Shown here: piece after piece, positions 23,436 to 32,487 of the stretch
How the letters are laid out: the number at the start of each line of letters is the position of its first letter
Position numbering within the stretch: the first letter of the stretch is position 1
Assembly: GCA_032718475.1 (NCBI GenBank)
Contig: JAUCBJ010002339.1
Span: forward strand, 1-32,487
DNA length: 32,487 bases
DNA from: Nemertoderma westbladi
Taxonomy: Eukaryota; Animalia; Xenacoelomorpha
Direction of reading: 5' to 3'
Translations under genes and position numbers: made by a program
The notes under the pieces: generated by a model
The model's input: the letters and a program-made list of their open reading frames with translations, nothing else
What the model was told of the DNA's origin: nothing
Database searches by the model: none

Positions 23436-23632
23436 GCGAATGGCTCGACGGCGTAAGACGAGAATTATTACTTAAGGAAGACAAATTACATCGCGAGATG
23501 GCCACCAACCGGCACCTCACGTCAGCGCTGGCCGACTGCGCTAAAAGAGTTATTAATTCGGCCTTAGACTTAAAAAATAAGGAAGACATTGACGGATACG
23601 ATAACAGTTGCCTTGACGACACAGCTGGATGA
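23436..23632 (+). CDS. Terminal exon 4 of the coiled-coil gene (EWLDGVRRELLLKEDKLHREMATN...DDTAG*)
   Basis: Acceptor ttgttttacatacag|GC completes the phase-1 codon of exon 3. Helical peptide, TGA stop, followed by very AT-rich 3'-UTR-like DNA. Confidence 0.7.
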
Positions 23633-24663
23633 CCTTAACACGTGTTAAAATAATATTCCTTATAAATATATTTTTATTTAGTTATTTATATTTCTAAGAC
23701 TAGTAAGTTATTATATTCTATAATTAAAGTATTGCTGATGACAACTGACATTAATCAATAGTTTAGATTATTATTTAAGATGTAGTTGTTCCAAGGACAC
23801 AAAATATAATTGATCTACTAATTTAATACTTAGTATTTATTTATTTTTTAGTTATAATACATTTAGAATTGTTGCAGTAAATAACAGTGATATATATTTC
23901 CTTCAGTTATGGTGCTCTAATGGTATCCTATGGTACTCTATTCCCATTTAATTTAGTTTGATGCTTAATTAATTATGTTAATTAGTAAATCAATTTAATC
24001 TTTTTTTATGTATGTAGATGGAGATGGTGTTATATGTCCGATTTACTTGAAAATATAATATTATGTATAAATAAAGAATTACAGAATTAAATAAGGTATA
24101 TATTATATCATCTTTGGTGTCAGTAAAAGTTATATATCTTAAATATTATTATATTTATTTTGTATTGATACTGCCGTTTGGTTATACCGCTTTGTAGGTA
24201 TATTGTATGTTTTTGAAGTATTTATTGTATTTATAATTAAGTAATTAATATTGTGCTGGGTAAATAATTATTTAAAATCGTTAAGTCTGCAGTACCGGAA
24301 ATATTGGCCCATCTGAAGTATGCCAGACTTTCTGCTGTTAGATTTCACGTTGCAGTTTACCCCCATGTGAAGAATACCAGGTTACAGAAGGGTTAAATCT
24401 AACCAAAACAATAAACGAATTAGTATGTTATGTTCAGGTTATAAGATAAAAAGAAGCGCTATAAAACACTTAATAAGGATAAATAATAAACTCAGGCCGA
24501 AAAGTGATAACTGGCATTCTTCAGATGAGTGTCATATTTGGTATCCTTAAATCAGTTATATATCATTGAGGTTTAATCTGATTAATTACTTAAGTGAGTT
24601 TTTTTTATTTGGTTAAAATAAATTTTTGTCAAACATATAGGCTAATTAGCAATATTAGCAGCT

Positions 24664-25198
24664 CTGCAGTGCAATGTGAAAAGACCGTAAGTCGCATTTT
24701 TCCAAAATTCACTTTTTCTGGGTCTAAAAAAATACGCTCTAAAAAATGGTATAATCGAGAACACCGTATCTACTCTAGTTCTCGAGATATTCAATGTAAA
24801 AAGGCCGTATGTCACAACATATGTATAGTGTTACAAAGGAAAAAGACCGTAAGTCACTTAAATTTATGCAAAAAACCCGAAGTCAACAAGATTTGCTGCG
24901 TTTTGTCATTGCATAGATAATAAGAAAACGCACATACGGTTTTATTGAAATATGTATTTACATACAGGTTGTACAATGCAAAAACACCGTAAGTACAAAA
25001 AATAAGCCTGAAGTCAAAATATTAATGAAAAGTTAAAAATAATCACGTATAAAAAAATTCCCACCCCCAATTGCGTCGGGTTATAAAAAATTAGTAATTT
25101 ACGGACATTTTAAACCAAGAATCTGAAGGCAAACAGTAATTTGTGTTTTACTCGAAATGACTTTTTGTGACTTGTGGTCTTTTTACATTGCACGGCAG
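24664..25198. mobile_element. MITE of about 535 bp (possibly Sola1-like, 4-bp A..T TSD)
   Basis: CTGCAGTGCAATGTGAAAAGACCGTAAGTCGCA ... TGTGACTTGTGGTCTTTTTACATTGCACGGCAG. Flanks AGCT and AACT. AAAAGACCGTAAGTC-like motif reiterated internally (about 24797, 24840, 24870, 24980). Confidence 0.75.
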
Positions 25199-26959
25199 AA
25201 CTATAGTATTGTAAGTCTTAAAATTCAATTAACTGTATCCTAATTATGCAATATGATTATTTATTGTGTTGGAAATTGTTAGCAATTAGTATAATTAACG
25301 GCATTGTAATTATTAATATCAGACTTCCATTTTGTAATAGTGTATTGTAAATTATAATAATCGTGTTGCTTTGTTCCTAGCATTGTCTTGAGATATGCAA
25401 ATATCTGTGTTGGAATAGCCACAACCAAGCCAAACTCAAATTTATATTGACTTACCGAGTAATATTATGTTGTGAGTTCCTATTTAGGGCTAAGTTATCC
25501 GACCTGTCTCTAATCTATATAACATGACTGTAAGAAAATGGCTAAAAACTCTTTAAAGGTTTTGTTAAACATATGTGAAAAATTTGATAGAATTTGTCAA
25601 AATGTATAAGGAAGGGGGTATATATATCCAGAAAATGATAAAATTTACAAAATCTTGGGGCGGAAACTGGGTAGCGCCTATTATGTAAATAATTTCCATT
25701 TAATTAATGTTTTCCTATTTATTTAATTTACTTATTTAGTTTCAATTGCATTGCGGCATTTTGACGCGTTGGTCTTGGTTGATATTTGATCATATATTAT
25801 GCTTATCGATTGGTGACAGTGATTTTTAATCAGTAGCTTATAGCCTATATTTATTTGTTTAACTTTAGTGAATTAAGAATACATTAATATTCCACGAATT
25901 CAATCCCATTATATTATGTTATTTCTGGAGCTCAGCTAGCTTGTATTGTTCTTACTAGAACCAGCCCGCTGATTATCTAGTAGCAGTGCATTGCCATTGA
26001 TTACCCATATTGATGGATCGGTAAGTAAAAAATCGGAATTATTGCCAACAAATTAAATTCATAAGTATCCAGGATTCCGTTGATTTATAATTCTGATCTG
26101 ACCTGATAAACTAATGGTTGGCGTGTCTGTACCTCCTCTATATTATATTATATATATTATCAATATTTATTGTACGGTAGTATTAATATCTTTTTTCATG
26201 GAAATAAATAGGGTTTCTTTCTTCCTAACCCGGAGATGAATAATTATTAACCGAGTGAACGGTCAATATCAAGTGGGTATAAAGGAAATAAACCTATTTT
26301 ATTTCATTTAATACGTAATTTTATTCTTAAAATTGCCTTTTTTACTGAATCTCCACGCATTCCTTCCTCATCGTGTATAAAGTTTGCTCCTCGACAATCA
26401 AGTAAGATATATTGCAAAATGTTACGATAGGGAATTTATTTTACTTTCAACCACCCATTTGACCCGGTTTAATACGCTTGATTGGCGGGTAAAAATTAAA
26501 ATTTTGAAGATACTCATTTTAATCGACAGTTCGACACTGAACTTCCACTTTTTTTTCTTCATATTGAAATTGTGATCGTTTGGCCCCAAGCGATTGAGTA
26601 TATTCTCGATAACTAGAAGATTGCTATGTTATGGTAGTATAATGGTATATTGCTCAAAATATACTAGTACCGGTAGTTTAAAATAAATTTAAAAACAATC
26701 CGACTTAATTATCTGATAGTAGGCCTAGCTGTAGTACCTAGCAGTATCATTGTAGTACCTGTACCTATTTCTCCGGAAAAAGTAAAAACTATGTATTTCT
26801 AAGGGAATAATTTTCCCAATCGGGAAAAAAGCTTTTTCTTAAATCCTGAAAATTCAGCCCAAGAAATCAAAATAAAAGGCAATTTTTAGGATAAAGGTGA
26901 TTTATAAAGCTACTTTACAGTAATGTTGGTTCAGTGATTAAAAAGTTAAACGTAGGCCT

Positions 26960-29900
26960 ATGGATAATCTGAGGTTCCATATTACTGAGCGTAATCAACA
27001 GCATCAATGGAGATTATTTGTTAGTGCTGCCATAGTTACGGGAATACTTGCTGAATGTATTGGATTCGGAAGACCTTATACAAGTAGCGTGGTATCCTTT
27101 GTTACCATAGTAACTGACGTAATATTCGTCTTGGAGATTCTCACTTTGGGAACACAACCTATTAGAACCTTCCGATCAATCTGTATACGATGTCTCGTTG
27201 TATCAACTCTAGTGTTCTCCGTTTGTTTACCGTTTTCGTTTAAAGAACAGTTACTACCATTCCGTTTAGTGCGAGTTCTATATCCCGTGCGATTCCTTAA
27301 ATATTACAAAGGTTATTTTTACAAATTGCAATTAAATTACAAGCAATTTTTAAGAGCCAACTGGTTTTCAAGTAAATTTATATTTACTACACATCAACGG
27401 ACCCCAACGCGTGTTTTGGAACCTTCTGAATCGGATTTTAAGTTAGAACTCCTTGCAGAACGCAGTATGGAACGCGTTATGGTGAGCATTGCGGATAATG
27501 ACAAAATACACGAGTTTGTTGATGAAATAGTACTTGATATAATTGGTAATGCAATATTTGATGTCTGTAGATTAACTTTTGTTGCCCGGAAGTTTGCTGA
27601 AGATCTTGTCGAACATTCGGTCCGTGAAGTTACTACCGCTAGGGAGTTAATGATTTCGAAAACTAAAAGTAATGATCGCATTCAAAGTGAGATTGCGAAG
27701 TCTAAAAGTAATGATCGCATTCAAAGTGAGATTGCAAAGTCTAAAAGTAATGATCGCATTCAAAGTGAGATTGCAAAGTCTAAAAGTAATGATCGCATTC
27801 AATGTGAGATTGCAAAGTCTAAAAGTAATGATCGCATTCAAAGTGAGATTGCAAAGTATAAAAGTAATGATCGCATTCAAAGTGAGATTGCAAAGTCTAA
27901 AAGTAATGATCGCATTCAAAGTGAGATTGCAAAGTCTAAAAGTAATGATCGCATTCAAAGTGAGATTGAAAAGTCTAAAAGTAATGATCGCATTCAAAGT
28001 GAGATTGAAAAGTCTAAAAGTAATGATCGCATTCAAAGTGAGATTGCAAAGTCTAAAAGTAATGATCGCATTCAAAGTGAGATTGAAAAGTCTAAAAGTA
28101 ATGATCGCATTCAAAGTGAGATTGCAAAGTCTAAAAGTAATGATCGCATTCAAAGTGAGATTGCGAAGTCTAAAAGTAATGATCGCATTCAAAGTGAGAT
28201 GGCAAAGTCTAAAAGTAATGATGGCATTCAAAGTGAGATTGCGAAGTCTAAAAGTAATGATCGCATTCAAAGTGAGATGGCAAAGTCTAAAAGTAATGAT
28301 GGCATTCAAAGTGAGATTGCAAAGTCTAAAAGTAATGATCGCATTCAAAGTGAGATTGCAAAGTCTAAAAGTAATGATGGTATTCAAAGTGAGATTGCAA
28401 AGTCTAAAAGTAATGATCGCATTCAAAGTGAGATTGCGAAGTCTAAAAGTAATGATCGCATTCAAAGTGAGATGGCAAAGTCTAAAAGTAATGATCGCAT
28501 TCAAAGTGAGATTGCAAAGTCTAAAAGTAATGATCGCATTCAAAGTGAGATTGCAAAGTCTAAAAGTAATGATCGCATTCAAAGTGAGATTGCAAAGTCT
28601 AAAAGTAATGATCGCATTCAAAGTGAGATTGCAAAGTCTAAAAGTAATGATGGCATTCAATGTGAGATTGCAAAGTCTAAAAGTAATGATCGCATTCAAA
28701 GTGAGATTGCAAAGTCTAAAAGTAATGATGGTATTCAAAGTGAGATTGCAAAGTCTAAAAGTAATGATCGCATTCAAAGTGAGATTGCAAAGTCTAAAAG
28801 TAATGATGGTATTCAAAGTGAGATTGCAAAGTCTAAAAGTAATGATCGCATTCAAAGTGAGATTGCAAAGTCTAAAATTAATGATCGCATTCAAAGTGAG
28901 ATTGCAAAGTCTAAAAGTAATGATCGCATTCAAAGTGAGATTGCAAAGTCTAAAAGTAATGATGGCATTCAAAGTGAGATTGCAAAGTCTAAAAGTAATG
29001 ATGGTATTCAAAGTGAGATTGCAAAGTCTAAAAGTAATGATCGCATTCAAAGTGAGATGGCAAAGTCTAAAAGTAATGATGGCATTCAAAGTGAGATTGC
29101 AAAGTCTAAAAGTAATGATCGCATTCAAAGTGAGATTGCAAAGTCTAAAAGTAATGATGGTATTCAAAGTGAGATTGCAAAGTCTAAAAGTAATGATCGC
29201 ATTCAAAGTGAGATTGCAAAGTCTAAAAGTAATGATCGCATTCAAAGTGAGATTGCAAAGTCTAAAAGTAATGATCGCATTCAAAGTGAGATTGCAAAGT
29301 CTAAAAGTAATGTTCGCATTCAAAGTGAGATTGAAAAGTCTAAAAGTAATGATGGCATTCAAAGTGAGATTGCAAAGTCTAAAAGTAATGATCGCATTCA
29401 AAGTGAGATTGAAAAGTCTAAAAGTAATGATGGCATTCAAAGTGAGATTGCAAAGTCTAAACGTAATGATCGCATTCAAAGTGAGATTGCAAAGTCTAAA
29501 AGTAATGGTCGCATTCAAAGTGAGATTGCAAAGTCTAAAAGTAATGATCGCATTCAAAGTGAGATTGAAAAGTCTAAAAGTAATGATGGCATTCAAAGTG
29601 AGATTGCAAAGTCTAAAAGTAATGATCACAATGAACATCAGATTAAAATTACAGAGATTGCAATCATGAACACCAACAATTATTCTTATGCACCACTTTG
29701 TGGTAGTCCCATGAATGATAATGGGCCTGTTGTTCTATCATCAGTGTGCTCTGTATTTGCTTCCAAACTTAGTAGTTATATTCTAGAATGCGCTAATTTA
29801 GTACTGAGTGATTTAAATTGGCAACAAGACCAACGTAAATTGGAATCTAACAGGAAACGACAGTGTATTGAGCAGTTCTGTGAACGATTTTCTAATCACA

Positions 29901-31507
29901 TATTTATTTTAGCCGTAAACGAAATAATTTATAAAGATAAAGAAACGGAAGATGAACTGCTTTGGGCATCTCGATACAATGTCCTGGAAACGAGCCCTGT
30001 ATTGGCTCAACCAGCCACAGACCATGTCGTGGGAACTAGACTTTTATTGGGTCAGCCATTCACAGACCATTTCTTGGGAAAGAGTCTTTTATTGGGTCAG
30101 CCAGCACAAGATCATGTCCTGGATACAAACCCTGTGTTGGGTCAGCCACTCACTGATCATACCCCGGGAATAAGTCCTGTTTTGGGTCAGCCAGTCACTG
30201 ACCATGTCTTGGAAACGAGGCCTTTATTGGGTCAACCACTTAGTGATTTCACTGGCAACTCTCCAAACAATGTGACCTCAGGCACATCAGATAACGTTTT
30301 CGGTAAGCCTACTCAGGCCGATGCCTCCACACAATGCTGCCCACATGCAGCCATAGATAGAGCAACGCAGTTCACTCCGAACCCAACCACAGAGAATCAG
30401 ATTTCTCCAATCCGGACGTTAGACGTTGCCTCTCAATGCTCTCCTATGCTAATTTCAGACAAATCCACTCAAATTAGAGTCGCCGAAACTATAGATAGCT
30501 GCTGCCAAACATCTCCAAACAGGATAACTGTGACCTCCATTCATGCTGGTAAATCAGAAGGAGTAATTCAATCCTTTTGGACAAATTTCAGAAAAATTGA
30601 GAATTCTAGTTCCTTAGATATTAGCGCTATAGAGGACGATGCACTGTCCTCGTGTAGTATCGGGCCATGTTTAGAAACTGAAAGTAATTGCGTTGATAAA
30701 AACTCTTCCGCGGAATTAGTGAAAATCGTCAGTCCTATTAAACTCATCGAGCATAAAGACTCAACAATGACTGCTACTCCGTATGAACTACCAACTGTCC
30801 TTGTGGAGGATGTGGTTGAAGTGGAACGTTGCAAAGTATTAAAAGACGTTGATGGCTCCATTGGCAACGCATTTGGAATCTTAAATGATGTTTCTGATGG
30901 ACGTATAGAAGAAGGCGATAGAGGATTTACTTACATACACATAGACCCCCCTGATCCTCAATTAAGTCACCTTCGACTCTGCAATTATACACAAGGCTTT
31001 GTCGAGTTGGAGTTTCAATGCGCAATAAAAATTGTCGTTTACAGTAGATCACAGGAAACTATTTCCTTTTTTGATTCCACGAATGATAATAATAATTATC
31101 CTTTGATACGGAGTTTGATAAACGAAACTGCAAATGTTACTAATAGTTATAAGAATCCATTACTGTCGACAATTCGCTCAGTATCTCAACTAATAAGATG
31201 CAAAGGATTGCATAATAGTTTGTCCGTAAACTCGTCGGAATCAACTACTTTTATCTACCCCGATGACTCTGTCTTGATTTCAGAAGCGCCACAATATATG
31301 CGCGCTATTTCAGTTTTTATATCGTCACCTACTCCCTTGGTTATAGCGAATCTATTGGAAACGCCATTACATAGAGATTATTCGGTTATATATAAAGGAT
31401 ATTTACACAAATGGCCATTAGCTACCAAATGCGTAGGTATTGTTGTTTCATCTATTATTATAACTGTTTTATCTGTATTTGTTTATATAAAATACATTTG
31501 TATTTAG
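26960..31507 (+). CDS. Uncharacterised 1515-aa membrane protein: voltage-sensor-like S1-S4 N-terminus, long 13-aa repeat, C-terminal TM helix
   Basis: Uninterrupted ORF with about 230 unique codons before and about 625 after the repeat, in AT-rich DNA. S2-like DVIFVLEIL, S4-like RLVRVLYPVRFLKYYK, hydrophobic C-terminus VGIVVSSIIITVLSVFVYI. Confidence 0.8.
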   Translation: MDNLRFHITERNQQHQWRLFVSAAIVTGILAECIGFGRPYTSSVVSFVTIVTDVIFVLEILTLGTQPIRTFRSICIRCLVVSTLVFSVCLPFSFKEQLLPFRLVRVLYPVRFLKYYKGYFYKLQLNYKQFLRANWFSSKFIFTTHQRTPTRVLEPSESDFKLELLAERSMERVMVSIADNDKIHEFVDEIVLDIIGNAIFDVCRLTFVARKFAEDLVEHSVREVTTARELMISKTKSNDRIQSEIAKSKSNDRIQSEIAKSKSNDRIQSEIAKSKSNDRIQCEIAKSKSNDRIQSEIAKYKSNDRIQSEIAKSKSNDRIQSEIAKSKSNDRIQSEIEKSKSNDRIQSEIEKSKSNDRIQSEIAKSKSNDRIQSEIEKSKSNDRIQSEIAKSKSNDRIQSEIAKSKSNDRIQSEMAKSKSNDGIQSEIAKSKSNDRIQSEMAKSKSNDGIQSEIAKSKSNDRIQSEIAKSKSNDGIQSEIAKSKSNDRIQSEIAKSKSNDRIQSEMAKSKSNDRIQSEIAKSKSNDRIQSEIAKSKSNDRIQSEIAKSKSNDRIQSEIAKSKSNDGIQCEIAKSKSNDRIQSEIAKSKSNDGIQSEIAKSKSNDRIQSEIAKSKSNDGIQSEIAKSKSNDRIQSEIAKSKINDRIQSEIAKSKSNDRIQSEIAKSKSNDGIQSEIAKSKSNDGIQSEIAKSKSNDRIQSEMAKSKSNDGIQSEIAKSKSNDRIQSEIAKSKSNDGIQSEIAKSKSNDRIQSEIAKSKSNDRIQSEIAKSKSNDRIQSEIAKSKSNVRIQSEIEKSKSNDGIQSEIAKSKSNDRIQSEIEKSKSNDGIQSEIAKSKRNDRIQSEIAKSKSNGRIQSEIAKSKSNDRIQSEIEKSKSNDGIQSEIAKSKSNDHNEHQIKITEIAIMNTNNYSYAPLCGSPMNDNGPVVLSSVCSVFASKLSSYILECANLVLSDLNWQQDQRKLESNRKRQCIEQFCERFSNHIFILAVNEIIYKDKETEDELLWASRYNVLETSPVLAQPATDHVVGTRLLLGQPFTDHFLGKSLLLGQPAQDHVLDTNPVLGQPLTDHTPGISPVLGQPVTDHVLETRPLLGQPLSDFTGNSPNNVTSGTSDNVFGKPTQADASTQCCPHAAIDRATQFTPNPTTENQISPIRTLDVASQCSPMLISDKSTQIRVAETIDSCCQTSPNRITVTSIHAGKSEGVIQSFWTNFRKIENSSSLDISAIEDDALSSCSIGPCLETESNCVDKNSSAELVKIVSPIKLIEHKDSTMTATPYELPTVLVEDVVEVERCKVLKDVDGSIGNAFGILNDVSDGRIEEGDRGFTYIHIDPPDPQLSHLRLCNYTQGFVELEFQCAIKIVVYSRSQETISFFDSTNDNNNYPLIRSLINETANVTNSYKNPLLSTIRSVSQLIRCKGLHNSLSVNSSESTTFIYPDDSVLISEAPQYMRAISVFISSPTPLVIANLLETPLHRDYSVIYKGYLHKWPLATKCVGIVVSSIIITVLSVFVYIKYICI
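27663..29627 (+). repeat. Coding tandem repeat, 39 bp x about 50 (KSKSNDRIQSEIA)
   Basis: Unit CTAAAAGTAATGATCGCATTCAAAGTGAGATTGCAAAGT with only point variants. Confidence 0.97.
29980..30250 (+). repeat. Diverged coding repeat, 45 bp x 6 (xPxLGQPxTDHVLxT)
   Basis: TTGG(G/C)TCA(G/A)CC recurs at 30002, 30047, 30092, 30137, 30182 and 30227. Confidence 0.9.
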
Positions 31508-32476
31508 ATGAGAAATGGTTAAATTAATTAATTTAAATTTAATTTAGTTTAGCCTAGAGGTTCATCGATTTTTTCTCTAAACAACAACTACTTATTCCAA
31601 GTCTTATAATCTGGCACTTCATATGACAGTTATCCGAGATTTGAAATACCAACGCAGCGTGTATAATATAGCCTAGCGCAAAAGCAAAAAGATGCGAAAT
31701 TCGAACGCCAATACCTCCCAAAGAGTTCCAAGGTTTTTTTTTATATTTTTTTATCTCAGCTACTGTACTTCGCAAAGAAATTCAGATTTTAATACATTTG
31801 ATTTGAATCACTACACAAGGTCATTTTTCCATCGGTTCCAACTAATCTCTACAGTATAAGGTTGAATATTTTTTTTAGGGTGGGGGGTGAGGGGGGGGGG
31901 GCACACAGTTTATTAAATCATATTCCAAGTAGGCAATGGTGAATGTTGAGTAAATTTAGGCAATTCAATATGTAGCTCCTTACGGCGGAAAAAACAAACT
32001 CTCAGTCATAAATATCTAAAAAAAATCAGATATTTTAACGGATATGAACTAAACATACTGTGCATCTTTTAAGCCTAGCGATCTAAGCAATATCGAATAG
32101 CAATAAACGCTTATAAAAACGCCTATTGGTCTATATTAGATGCTGCACGTTGTTTTTGTGATGATGCATTTCAGCTAAGACACTGAAAATTGTGGCGACT
32201 ACTACAACTGTAAGTAAATATTGTTAATACAGTAGAACACACGGTCATACGGGGGGTGAATCCCAGAAATTCCAATTTTACGACCATATAAACATATTTA
32301 CTGCATGTCTCCGGACATATACTGTATATCAAGGAGGTCTTGCAAAACTGAAAGTAAATTAAAAACACAGGCTACAGAATCAATCCGTTCTGTAATAGAT
32401 AAATAGCGTGTTTTATTTTTTATTCAACTTTAATAATTATCATAGGCCTACACATACACAAGGCTTACGCGTACCA

Positions 32477-32487
32477 GTTGCTATGGT
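32477..32487. promoter_or_regulatory. Possible X-box truncated by the window edge
   Basis: GTTGCTATGGT is the first 11 nt of a canonical GTTGCTATGGTAAC RFX site. Confidence 0.35.

Noticed and set aside
14937-29627. CRISPR-like interpretation of the regular arrays
   Set aside because: Units are contiguous with no unique spacers, there are no cas genes, and the context is eukaryotic.
27647-29669. 663-aa (-) and 665-aa (+) ORFs over the 39-bp array
   Set aside because: They begin and end with the array; a stop-free 39-bp unit is automatically open. Only the main frame extends into unique sequence.

Overview
AT-rich eukaryotic, almost certainly animal, genomic DNA; the organism cannot be named from the sequence. 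It holds three protein-coding genes. (1) An IQCA1/DRC11 gene (nexin-dynein regulatory complex, IQ plus AAA) on the minus strand with an uninterrupted CDS, a splice acceptor just before its ATG and an RFX X-box upstream. (2) A divergently transcribed giant membrane-anchored coiled-coil gene with an RRBP1(p180)/kinectin-like N-terminus. I reconstruct it as 4 phase-compatible coding exons (about 2826 aa) containing 36 near-perfect 63-bp/21-aa repeats. (3) A single-ORF 1515-aa membrane protein that begins with a degenerate S1-S4 voltage-sensor-like module but has no pore. It continues with about 50 39-bp/13-aa repeats, amphipathic docking-type helices, TQT-like motifs and a C-terminal TM helix; this is the most novel-looking object. 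Intergenic and intronic DNA is packed with non-autonomous cut-and-paste transposons, several nested and some with readable TSDs, plus a 40-bp GC-rich minisatellite and many TA-flanked footprint-like words. No RNA genes or CRISPR arrays were seen. Family assignments come from recognised motifs, not database searches.
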